Below, one piece after another: positions 53,489-64,000 of a stretch of DNA of 64,000 nt; the first letter of the stretch is position 1; each line of letters starts with the position of its first letter. The position numbers and the translations under genes were made by a program. This stretch comes from Mytilus edulis. Taxonomy: Eukaryota. The stretch lies in the NCBI RefSeq assembly GCF_963676685.1, contig NC_092348.1:12214001-12278000 (forward strand), in the 5' to 3' direction. Under the pieces are notes generated by a model that ran no database searches, was not told where the DNA came from, and saw nothing but the letters and a program-made list of their open reading frames with translations.

Positions 53489-56400
53489 TTTGCATAAAGT
53501 GAAGATGCTAAGAATAAAAATTGAGCCATTTCAACAAAGAACGTCTTGCAGCTAAATAAATATAAATACATCATCAAGGTTTCAATGCCAAAAACAAAAT
53601 ATCAAACAAATGGAATAAATAAAGATACCTGAAAGTAGACATGTGTAGAATCTAGTAACTTAATATCGAATACATTGTTTGAAAGGGAAACAATAAATTA
53701 CGAAACAAAAAAAATAACTAATGATCATAAATAATCACTTTTATCAACAAAACATAATTTGTTTATACTAAAATCAAAACAAACTAAAACAAAAATCCAA
53801 AAGTTAAAGTTAATACATTAAGTAGACCTGTAATGAATATGAGAACACACTGTTTACATATGTTGACACTACTGTGTGCGTCAATTTAAACACTTGATTT
53901 TAAGAAATAAACACTCACTTCCCTCTTAAGAGTAGACTAATTGTGTATTTTATATTTCCCCTCGATTAAATAATTACAATGTTTACCTTGACACGGGACC
54001 TTTAACCGAATACAATAGTTATCAATCTGCGCAGTTAGCTATCTATTTTTATTCTTTTACATTTTTAATGTTTGTAATACTATTGTTTAATAGTCACAGT
54101 GCTTATGATAATAGATTACAAAAGTTAAAAAGTTTAACTATATCAAACAAAATAAGAGATATGATCATGTGGAGTGATTGCGGTGCATGTCAAATCCACA
54201 AAAGACTAAATAAATGGATGTTAACTCTCTGCTCTTCATTGATAATCATAATGTGTGGTCCGTAAAATGCAATTGCAAAGTAGATTGTTTGTGTCACTTG
54301 GTAATACATGGAATAGGCTCAGATAATCATAAAGACGATGACAGAAAAGAATATGGTTGTTACATTATTTAATGCAATTGCATTATATAGTCTATTAATG
54401 ATTAAAATTCTAAATTTTACAATATATTCATAATGTTTACTCACCTACTGCTATGCAAAAGTGTTCTGCAAATCTATTTTGTCTATTTTTATAAATCGGA
54501 AAACCCCTATTAAATAAGTTCTATTTCTAGTTCTACAGGAAGTTTTAAAAAGTTCAATGTAAACGTTATCTATTAATTCAATGTTTATTTACAAGTTTAT
54601 TTTGTAATTTGCATTTGTTTAACTGAATTTCTATATAAAACATTTTTGACAAAAGGTTTAAAATAATTTCGTATTTATAAGTAAAAAGTAAAATCATAAA
54701 AATTCAGAACTCCAAGTATTGTAAGATAAAACACAGATAATATGCATGTGTTACTCAATAGTACGGTGACAACACGAAGGGTAAATTTAAAATCTTAATG
54801 GACCGACATAGCTTAAAGCGGATTGTAGTATTATTTGAAGATGGATAACAGTTCTTACGATTAAAGTGATGCAGTTATTTTGAAATTGGCCAATGTCAGA
54901 AGGGGAAATTTCAAAAACTAACATGACTAACTTTTGGACAATATTTCGAAAGACCCTCATGTTTACGAAAAACAAATTCATGGTCCGATAATATTGTTGA
55001 AAATCAGCTGGTTTGTCAGAGATCTGTGACGTATACCCCCGCTTAAAACTAGTGAGAAAAATACAATGTCTATCTTCATCCATGGACATTTTCAAATAAA
55101 CACTAGTCTAAAGAAGACATGCAATAACACTTGATAACTTATATGGATATTTCTATTAAAGTTTTGTAAGGATCCATCAAAACAGGAACAGTAATAATTT
55201 CACTCGATCCAAGTTTCAATGACAAAATGATGAAGCTCCTCATTGGTTATGAAAATCCTACTAAAAATAAAATCATGATAGTGATTTTTAGCTTTATAAA
55301 ATTGATATTTACCACGCGGATCACTGTTTACATATGACTCGGTAGCAATTATGCTTTATAGTATTCCATATTTTTATAGGTTATAATGTTACCTGTATAC
55401 AGAACGCTCATATATTTTTCTTTATTCCGAGATTCCCGGCACAGTCAAAATTTAATGTTGAAATTATTTATATAACACTTGATATTTCGTAATGATGGCA
55501 TTCTGGGCCCAGTTGTTCAAAGTATCGTTAAGCTAACGCAGTCGTTAACGTGTCGTTAGAGTGTCGTTAAATTTAACAAATTCGTTAACTGTTGTTCAAA
55601 AAATTTAACGACAAAAATTATAATAACGATTCGTTAACTTTAACAACTTCTGGGAGGTCGATAAAATATTTAAGTTATTGTTAAATATGGCCGCCTTCAT
55701 GCAAGTACCTGTTCTACCTCGCAGAAAAGAAAGGCATTTTCGCCTGCTTTGAATTTGTCAAATGAGGAGTTGCGAGAACGGTATCGATTTGGTAGAGAGG
55801 AAATTACTTTCATTTCCAACATGGTCAGTGATGATATTACAATAAAAACAAAGAGGAACCATGCTCTCACTGTACCGCAGATGGTCATGGTAACCCTAAG
55901 ATTTCTAGCTACAGGCAGTTTTTTGCAAGTAGTTGGAGACACAATAGGTAAGATTTTATTAATATATTTATCATATATTTTAAGTTAAGTAAACATAAGT
56001 AAAATGGTGTTAATCAACTGCTATAATGATCTTTGAATGATGTTTGAATGATTGTTTCAATTTGTTAATTTTCGAATAATATGTAAACAAACGCCGGTAA
56101 ATACACTTTTTATTTTTGTTCTTAAACGATCTCCAAAATTGTATGTTTTTGGTCTGTTTACAGGTTTGCACAAGGGAACTGCCTCACGTATTGTGTCTGA
56201 TGTGTTGACATCACTATGTAACACACGGGATGAGTTCATCAAGTGGCCGAGGAATGTGAACGAAACAAGAGGAGACTTTTACCGTCTAAGTAATGTCCCG
56301 AATGTGCTAGGGGCAATAGATGGGACACACGTCCGTATCCAGGCTCAATCAGAAGATGAAGCATCATTTGTTTATGATGCCAGAGGTAAATCATTTCTCA

Positions 56401-56742
56401 TCTAATATGACATTGACCTTCGTAAAATAATAAACTGGTATCAACTTGTCAGTATGACTAGGACCCCTGTTGTGAATGTGACTTTGTCTTCATGTCCGTA
56501 ATGTCGCAACACACTGTTAACGTTGTTTCCCGTATTTTTGACGTTGTGTGATAGTGACGTGAGAGAGAGATGTGTTGCCGGATGGACAAGATGGCTGAAT
56601 GTTTGTACTGTCGGAGTGTATTTTGTATTTTATGTAACGTCTGTATATACACATAGTGTGAATAAATCGTGACTGCTATTTTCTACAAAGATGGTGTTAA
56701 GTTTTAAATTTATGAACGCTCGAAATTCTACGTTTACAACAT

Positions 56743-56753
56743 TGGTGGCAGCG
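56743..56753 (+). promoter_or_regulatory. Primer-binding site, tRNA-Leu type
   Basis: TGGTGGCAGCG lies 1 nt after the 5' LTR and is complementary to the ...CGCTGCCACCA 3' end of metazoan tRNA-Leu(AAG/TAG). Confidence 0.8.
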
Positions 56754-57142
56754 AACAGAAGCGGATCTACGCAAACAGACGATTTATATTTTTATACAGA
56801 CGGAATGCTTTTAAAGAGGGGAGGAAATATGAAATTAAACAATGAAGGTACTGTAAACAAGTTTATTCGACAATACGATTGTGACCAAATGTATGCATTA
56901 CAACAGAAGGACGATACGGCACTGGAATACGAAGATTCATCATTTTAAAAGTGATATTGGAATTAAAACAGATTCGACCACATAATTCACAGACAAGTAT
57001 TTAATCGGCAAAAGTGGACGGAAAGTAATTAAACATTTTTGTTCGGTGTTAGCATCAAGGATAAAATGATAATCTAAGGTGCAAATTTGAAAGAAATCAA
57101 CATTGTCACGTGTATCTATAAATAATTGTTGCCGTTTTATGT

Positions 57143-58528
57143 ATGTCTATAACTTATATTTGTCAGCATTTTGATATATTAACCATGAGCTGGTGTGACT
57201 TACCAGAGTTTGACGGTACTGAACTTTTTGAAGGTTTCTGGATGAAATTTTTTATCTTTGCTGAACGTTTTAATTGGTCATCTAGTGATATGGCTTTTTA
57301 TTTGGTTACTTCACTGAGAGGTAAAGCTTTAGAATATGTGTCGTATTTACCACACAGAGATCTTTATAATGTATCTGTTTTGTATTCTGCATTGAAAAGT
57401 CGATTTGGTGATATTGAGACTTCTCAGATTTGTAGAATGAAATTGAGAAATATAACTATGTTTACAAGTGAAAGCGTTCAAGAGTACGTATGTAGAACTG
57501 AGATAAATGTTCGGAAATCGTTCCCTGGTGTGAACGAAGATTTATTAGTGAAGCTGATTACTGAGTATGCTATATATGGATATCCTGATGGTAACATTGG
57601 ATATAGAGTTCTGACTAAAGAACCGTCAACAGTTAGTGAACTTATAAAAGAAATATTGTGGCAGGAACATTGTAGACAATCTTTAAAGTCCGTAGAAAAA
57701 TCGCGTTGCACTGAAGACAGTAACTTTGAGAAACATTTTGAAATAGGCAATAAGCGTAATATGAATTTCACAGAGCATGATATTCGGAGGAATAAAGTTT
57801 CTGAAAATACTGCCGTTAATATGCAAAACGACATTAGTTTATATAATAGTAAGCAGAAATTGGGAAAAGAGAATTATACTGTTGGTAAATTAAATGTACG
57901 TAATAATTTCGTTTATCCAAGTGAACAGTCTGTTTACTACATCGCTGAGTCATATGAATTGAAACATGAGGAATTTTGTGACGTTATTGAGGCAACTGAA
58001 TTTGAAGTTGCGAACGTTTTGGACGAAGAGATAGCTATCTTTGAACTTCCGCGCGTTGAAAAGCAGACAGTGGTTACTGGTGGAACAGAGATTGTTATCG
58101 TTAGAAAGGTTGAATTAAAATATGAGATTGTTGAGGCAACTGAGGTTGCAGTTGCAAAAGTTTCTAAGATAATGACAACTAACTTTGGAAGTCCAAACGT
58201 TGAACATCAGACGATACCCTCTGGGGAGGTAGAGGTAGTTAGCGTCCTAAAATGGACACCCATTGAGCAAAGTGACGTACAATTTGATATTTCTAAAAAT
58301 GATCATAAAAAAAATTATGAAAAACCTAGAGTTTCAACATATACTGGATTATCGAGACCAGTATACGGAAAGGACTTCACATATAAAGAACTTGTACGTG
58401 GTAATGGGTTCACCCAATTTAGAGATACTAACATGTATGAAAACAGTTATACACGTGATGTTTGCTCCTGTGGATTGTCAATGTTACCTGAGATGAACTG
58501 GAAAACACGAAAACGCAATTTATCTTGA
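57143..58528 (+). CDS. Retrotransposon Gag (capsid-like) protein, 461 aa (447 aa from Met at 57185)
   Basis: Intact ORF between the LTRs; Gypsy capsid pattern LPEFDG..F...F...A....W.......L...LRGKA..Y...LP......L..AL..RFG ... ESVQEY; no CCHC knuckle. Confidence 0.88.
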   Translation: MSITYICQHFDILTMSWCDLPEFDGTELFEGFWMKFFIFAERFNWSSSDMAFYLVTSLRGKALEYVSYLPHRDLYNVSVLYSALKSRFGDIETSQICRMKLRNITMFTSESVQEYVCRTEINVRKSFPGVNEDLLVKLITEYAIYGYPDGNIGYRVLTKEPSTVSELIKEILWQEHCRQSLKSVEKSRCTEDSNFEKHFEIGNKRNMNFTEHDIRRNKVSENTAVNMQNDISLYNSKQKLGKENYTVGKLNVRNNFVYPSEQSVYYIAESYELKHEEFCDVIEATEFEVANVLDEEIAIFELPRVEKQTVVTGGTEIVIVRKVELKYEIVEATEVAVAKVSKIMTTNFGSPNVEHQTIPSGEVEVVSVLKWTPIEQSDVQFDISKNDHKKNYEKPRVSTYTGLSRPVYGKDFTYKELVRGNGFTQFRDTNMYENSYTRDVCSCGLSMLPEMNWKTRKRNLS

Positions 58529-61500
58529 TTATCTTTTATTTCGAGGATGAAATATTTTTGAGTAGTGTTGTGAATGTGACTTTGTCTTCATGTCCGTAAT
58601 GTCGCAACACACTGTTAACGTTGTTTCCCGTATTTTTGACGTTGTGTGATAGTGACGTGAGAGAGAGATGTGTTGCCGGATGGACAAGATGGCTGAATGT
58701 TTGTACTGTCGGAGTGTATTTTGTATTTTATGTAACGTCTGTATATACACATAGTGTGAATAAATCGTGACTGCTATTTTCTACAAAGATGGTGTTAAGT
58801 TATAAATTTATGAACGCTCGGAATTCTACGTTTACAACAACCCCTATAGTCTGTTTCTCACAAAAGAAAATGTTATAGGTCACCATACTGCCTTCAACAA
58901 TGAAAAAAGCCCCTACATCCTATCAACTATCAAAGGCCCTGGAATGACAAGGTAAAACAGAAGATGAAGCATCATTTGTTAACGGGAAAGGGGTACACTC
59001 TGTAAATGTGCAGGCTGTTTGTGATGCCAGAGGTAAATCATTTCTCATCTAATATGACATTGACCGTCGTAAACTAATAAACTGGTATCAACTTTTCAGT
59101 ATGACTGGGACCCCTATAGTCTGTTTCTCACAAAAGAAAATATTACTTTCACTTTCACTTTCACTCAGTTCATCTAGGACATGGTTAGGATTTTATATGG
59201 TTTACCTACTAAAGATAACTTAAAATATTGGTAAGTCAAATATTAAAAGGAGATATTAGTCATTTTTCATGAGAAAAAAAATCTGTTCAGGGGCCAGCAA
59301 TTTCCAAAAGGGGGTTCCCAACATAAGATAAACCTGAATGGGGAGCTCTAACCATATGTCCCCATGCTGATAATCTTAAAAAGGGAGGTTTCCCTACCCT
59401 GTATCCACCACTGCTGTTTCAGATACATGTCTTAAATTCCCCCTTTCAATCCAAAAGAAAGAAGTATTAACCTAGGGTACCCTAGCTACTGTACAATTTA
59501 TAATTTGATGTTGCTCTGATGTGGATCAACACATTTATGCATTATGCAACATGCATAACAAATTTTGATATCATTTTTCCTAGTTTGAAACAATATAGTT
59601 GAGTCATAATTTGTGAGTCTATACATATAAAAAAGAATGAGACAATTCTCCACAAGAGACTAAATGACACAGAAATTAACAATTATAGGTCAACATACTG
59701 CCTTCAACAATGAACAAAGACCCTACAGCCTATCAACTATAAAAGGCCCTGGAATGACAAGGTAAAACAATTAAAACTAGAAAACTAATGGCCTAATTTA
59801 TGCATTGTGCAATAAATCTGTTTATGCTACTAAAACATTTCCTTCTTCTAAAGATTATATATAATCTTTTATATTTTGCAGGTAAATTCAAAAACATAAA
59901 TGCAAACTGGCCAGGTAGCAGTCATGATTCCCACATATTCAGGACTTCACGGGTATGGGTTTTATTGCAATGTTCATGATATTTGTCATCTTTTATTAGT
60001 CATATTCCCTTTCAAGCACTCAAATCAATAACTCTATATATATATAAAGAAGCAATAAATTACTTTTAAGGGCTGGCTATGTTTAAAAATATTGATGTAC
60101 AAAAACTGAAAAAGGAATATTGAAAAGTAGCCTTGCTCAATATAGTTTTAGGTTTTCTAGTGTAACTCCTCTGTAAAGCTGATTATATCAATTTCATTAT
60201 ATAAATGGTAGTTTTAACAAAATATTTGTTGTAAAAAGAAATAGAAACCTTTATTTATAGGTGTGTACCTACATGGAAGAAAATGTTGGATGGGCAAATG
60301 GTGTGTTGCTTGGGGATAGTGGTTATCCATGTCGACCATTTGTGATGACCCCATACCAGAATCCTGTACAAGATCATCAAAAAAAGCACAACAAATGCCA
60401 CTGTTCAACCAGAAATATGATAGAGAGAACATTTGGGAGGCTGAAGAGACGGTTCCATATATTACACTCAGAGGTAAAGTATAATAGAATATTTTTTTAT
60501 ATAATTATCAGTGATTAAAAAAATCTTTTAAGGGGGTGAGGCTAATGGGATATATTTGGGACAATTAATGTTGGTGTATTCAGTAAAAGCAAGCTATTTT
60601 TTTTAATGTGACTAATTTGCTCATTGTTGAAAGCCGAATGGTGACTTATAGTTGTTAATTTCTGTGTCATTTTGGTCTCTTGTGGAGAGTTGTCTCATTG
60701 GCAATCATACCACATCTTCTTTTTTATATTTGCATTCATATGTTTTACTAAAATGTTCAATACCCCAAAAGAAAGGTACACAGGGTCTGTTTTGTGGTGT
60801 TTTGGTCCAAACTGTTTATGACTAAGGGGCCAAATAGAGGCCGAAACAAGCATTTTTTTTTAGTTTTCCAGACAATTTTTTTTTAGTTTTCCAGACAATT
60901 ACTTTTTTATTATTGTATGGTTCTCTCTGAAATTGTACCACAAGGTTCGATATTACAAACGACAGTTTGATTAAAGGAGAAAAAATGTATTTAGTATACA
61001 ATTGGAAAACTAAATAATCCAGCAATTGATGTATAAAAACTTACCACAATCATAAAGATGAATGGTAAGTTCTACTAACAAACCACTTGGACAATATAAA
61101 TTTGAAACAATTAACTAATATAAAAAAGTACAACATCTTTCGAAAAGCTTACCAAAATATGATGGTAAACCACTATAGAGACATTTTATGTAGTGTTATT
61201 TATAGCTTACTTTAGGCTCCAATGTTGAATATCATACTGTAAACTTTTATATTTCATTACTTTAACAACAGAAAATGGTCTTATTGCCACTCATACCTGT
61301 GATCTCAAAGCTTTCTATTTTTATACATTGTTTAAACATACTACATACATGCAATGCCAACTTTTGAAATATTATAAAATATTACTTTAACAAAATGCTG
61401 ATAAGAAGACAATTATTAAGTGTAACAAATTAAGTTATGATTGGTTTTTTTTTTTATATTTCAGATAAGAATGAAACCGGGCAAAGGCATGCAAAATAAT

Positions 61501-61861
61501 AATTGCTTGTGCTATACTTCACAACATATGCATTTTTTGAATGAACCAGACATTCAAGATGATGGAGTAATTGTAGGCAATGATGGTGATCTTGGGGAAC
61601 ATTTCAATGGTCATCAAGATGGAAGAGCTGTAAGGGATCATATTTCCACAACATTTTTTAATCATTGAAAATCAAAAAAAAATCATGACAACCTCTTCTA
61701 ATACTTGTTATCAATAACAATGGAATAAGAGAACAAGAATCATCAACACAGATAAATAAATAAATAAAAATTAATTTTGACTAAGCTTCTGTATTTAGAA
61801 GAGCATCTAAAATCATGTTTTCACTGTCAATAGTTTTCTTCTAGATCATCACGTTGGAAAA

Positions 61862-63896
61862 TTACATTTGTCTTTGGAAAAGTTCCATCTGCATTTCATT
61901 TCTTTTCAGGTCACTTTCTAAATCAAGACACTGTAGCTCATACACATCATCTGCAGACCTCTTTGCTTTCTTCTTCTGCATACTTTCACTGAAATATAGC
62001 AATTTTACTATTTGGTATTTTTATTTTAAAATCTAACTTAATATTTAGTAGATGTGTTAATGTTATATCATTGCTAATGAGACAATTGCATGTATTCCAA
62101 GAGCCAAAATGACACAGATTTTATAATAATAATATCACTATTCCCACCCTTTAACAATGAGGAAACCCAATACTGTTTAGCTCTTATAAAATAACTGACA
62201 TGACAAGACATATGTGGAACAATTAAAAAAAATGAATAATAACACATAGGCTAAAAAAAAATTAAACAGACAGCAACCCAAGTCATATACTGTTTTACAG
62301 TCTCCTTAAGGTAGCACAATACAAAGATTTTTTTACTTCCAATCACTAACCTTTGAAATGCTGTAACTTTCTTATGAATGCATAGAAAATAATAAAAGAG
62401 GTATATATAGATAGATAAAAGATTAATCTTTTAAATGAATGCAATATTTTTATTATGCAATCATTATGTAATCAATTATTATGTAATTAGTGGCAAAATC
62501 TGGGTAAGTTCACTTGAATGAATTTAGCTCTATCATCTCTTTAACTATACAGAAAATTTTAACGAAATTTTAATCAACACATCATGGGCTTCGAAAGGGT
62601 GTCTCAGATTGTCTCTATGGTATTCCATTCTCTCATAAATCTCTAATTAGTGTAAACATCCTAACCACATAAAAGAAGATAATGTTTAATTAGGTGTAAA
62701 ATTTGTTCTATATATTCTATCTGAAATCTGAGACACCCTTTTGTAGATAATGGCCATAGGAACAACATATAATAAAATCAACCCTCTAGGGATACCTATG
62801 CAGAAGCTAATTCCATTTGAAAGTGGAAATTTGGTGAAAAATATTTTAGACACAGTTAACATTATAATTGGTTACATAATTGTTGCATAATACTAACATT
62901 GCATTAATTAGAAAGAGTAATCTGTTAGCTATCTAAAACTACCACTTTTATAAATTTTCAAGCATTATTAAGAAAGTTACAGCATTCTAAAACTTGGGAG
63001 TTGGAGTTATACAATCTTTGTATTGTGCTACCTTAATTGGGACAGGGACTAACAAAATCTGAAAATAGTAAATGTGCTTGTGAGAACTCAATTGTTCCAT
63101 TCTTATCATGGTCACTCAGTGGCGGACCCAGAACTTCATAGGGGGGGGGGATAACGTTTGGCCTAAGGGGTATCCAATCCAGTCATGCTTCAGTGATTCC
63201 ATACAAAATAATTTATCTTAAGGATCTACTTAGGTGATGTTAGGTAAAAATTAAGAAATTAAGAAATTAAAATTGATACTATAAGCTGGTAGAGCATCAA
63301 TTAAAGATAAAGATAAGCTAAAACTATTTATAGGTCATGGACCTCCTTTTCAAGATAATTGAGATTTAAAATATGGCGGGAAAAGGCTGACTCAGACTTT
63401 TTCCTTATATTTGCATTGGTATTATATGGGTCTCAAAACAAAGAAAGAAAATCAAGAATCTTCTAAAAGTTTGGTAAATGACCTTTCATGAGCTATTAAG
63501 TATTATATAAAAAAATAAATGGATGTTATGGGGCAAAATATTTTACATTGTATTGTATGGAAAAACACCAAGGAGTCTGAACATTTGACACAAATTCCAA
63601 ACCCTCACCTAAGTACATCCTTAAAACTAACTTGGAATCTGTAGGAAAAAGTTATTCTCATCAGACTCGTTAAACAACTTATGTAAATACATCATAGACA
63701 GTGCTGTATTTTAACATATGAAACACATACCTGGGTTTTGGTGGTTGCGGAGTGCAAGTCTGTTTTTGTGCAGGTACAGGTACAGGTACAGGAAGGCTTG
63801 CATGAACAGTAGCACTAGAAAGTGCTAACTCCTCATTTCTCTGGTCAACCTGCTCCAATCTCCTTATCCAGATACTCTCCACAAAAGATGGTAAAT
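61862..63896 (-). CDS. 3' exons of the Harbinger partner gene (expected Myb/SANT-trihelix protein; DNA-binding domain not in the window)
   Basis: Exons 63896..63731 and 61988..61862 joined in phase 2: ..PQPPKPSESMQKKKAKRSADDVYELQCLDLESDLKRNEMQMELFQRQM* (basic NLS-like patch, then coiled coil), convergent with the transposase. The stop may be premature. Confidence 0.65.
62310..63032. mobile_element. Kolobok-like MITE, 723 bp, TTAA TSD
   Basis: ttaa|ggtagcacaatacaaagatt ... aatctttgtattgtgctacc|ttaa; imperfect TIR continues inward. Confidence 0.92.
63222..63620. mobile_element. Kolobok-like MITE, 399 bp, TTAA TSD
   Basis: ttaa|ggatctacttaggtga ... tcacctaagtacatcc|ttaa. Confidence 0.85.
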
Positions 63897-64000
63897 CTAC
63901 AAGTTGACAATTGTTTTACATAAAGATTTTGCTGAATTCATTGTAAACTATCATATGTGTTTAGTATGTATCTAGTAAGTTAATTCATAGTTGCATTTTA

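Larger units (their letters stand above)
56468..58839 (+). mobile_element. Gag-only LTR retroelement (Ty3/Gypsy-like), 2372 bp
   Basis: LTRs 56468..56741 and 58566..58839 (274 bp, TGTTGT...ACAACA, 2 mismatches); TSD acccc at 56463..56467 and 58840..58844; PBS tggtggcagcg at 56743..56753; single ORF; no PR/RT/RH/IN motifs. Confidence 0.96.
55687..61668 (+). pseudogene. Harbinger (HARBI1-like) DDE transposase, disrupted
   Basis: Exons 55687..55947 (ERYRF, LRFLATGS; frameshift near 55745), 56164..56385 (VLGAIDGTHVRI), duplicated part ~58959..59033 ([15 protein letters not shown]), 59882..59952 ([11 protein letters not shown]), 60261..60473 ([22 protein letters not shown]), ~61465..61668 (ACAILHNIC out of frame between two compensating frameshifts). 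Confidence 0.92.
55506..64000 (+). mobile_element. PIF/Harbinger DNA transposon, two convergent intron-containing genes, right end beyond the window
   Basis: ctg|ggcccagttgttcaaa left end (CWG target, GGCCC terminus), sub-terminal gttaa/ttaacg repeats at 55525-55685, + strand DDE transposase and - strand partner gene. Confidence 0.85.

Noticed and set aside
51940-56753. Local tRNA-Leu pseudogene as primer for the LTR element
   Set aside because: Its 3' end (CCGCACTA+CCA) is not complementary to the PBS TGGTGGCAGCG; different isoacceptor.
56458-56948. Short ORFs in or overlapping the LTRs (64, 85 and 73 aa)
   Set aside because: No recognisable motifs; the two minus-strand ones are near-identical only because the LTRs are duplicated.
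55687-61668. Domesticated host HARBI1 gene
   Set aside because: Frameshifts, a split exon, an adjacent TIR and a convergent partner gene indicate a decayed transposon.

Overview
AT-rich, intron-rich animal genomic DNA, probably a bivalve such as Mytilus (inferred from the repeat families I recognise; not searched). Host genes: two tandem + strand paralogues of an SLC5A8/SLC5A12/NIS-like sodium:solute symporter (copy 1 is cut by the window start, 1..11627; copy 2 spans 21757..~35837, ~587 aa), and a - strand NLR-like gene (41132..52510, ~1728 aa) with an nSTAND3-type P-loop NTPase and a long ankyrin array. Its only N-terminal candidate signalling element is a RHIM-like motif on a 69-bp micro-exon. 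From 55506 to the window end lies a decayed, intron-containing two-gene PIF/Harbinger transposon. It carries an internal tandem duplication, a young gag-only LTR retroelement (274-bp LTRs, 2 mismatches, 5-bp TSD, tRNA-Leu PBS, no pol) and two TTAA MITEs. Introns and spacers also hold a 2.4-kb palindromic MITE dimer with a nested MITE, three Helentron-type elements with ~155-166-bp arrays, Penelope-like RT fragments, a tRNA-derived SINE, a tRNA-Leu pseudogene and several repeats sitting directly on splice sites. Exon models were read by eye from GT-AG sites, phase and paralogue comparison; no database searches were run.
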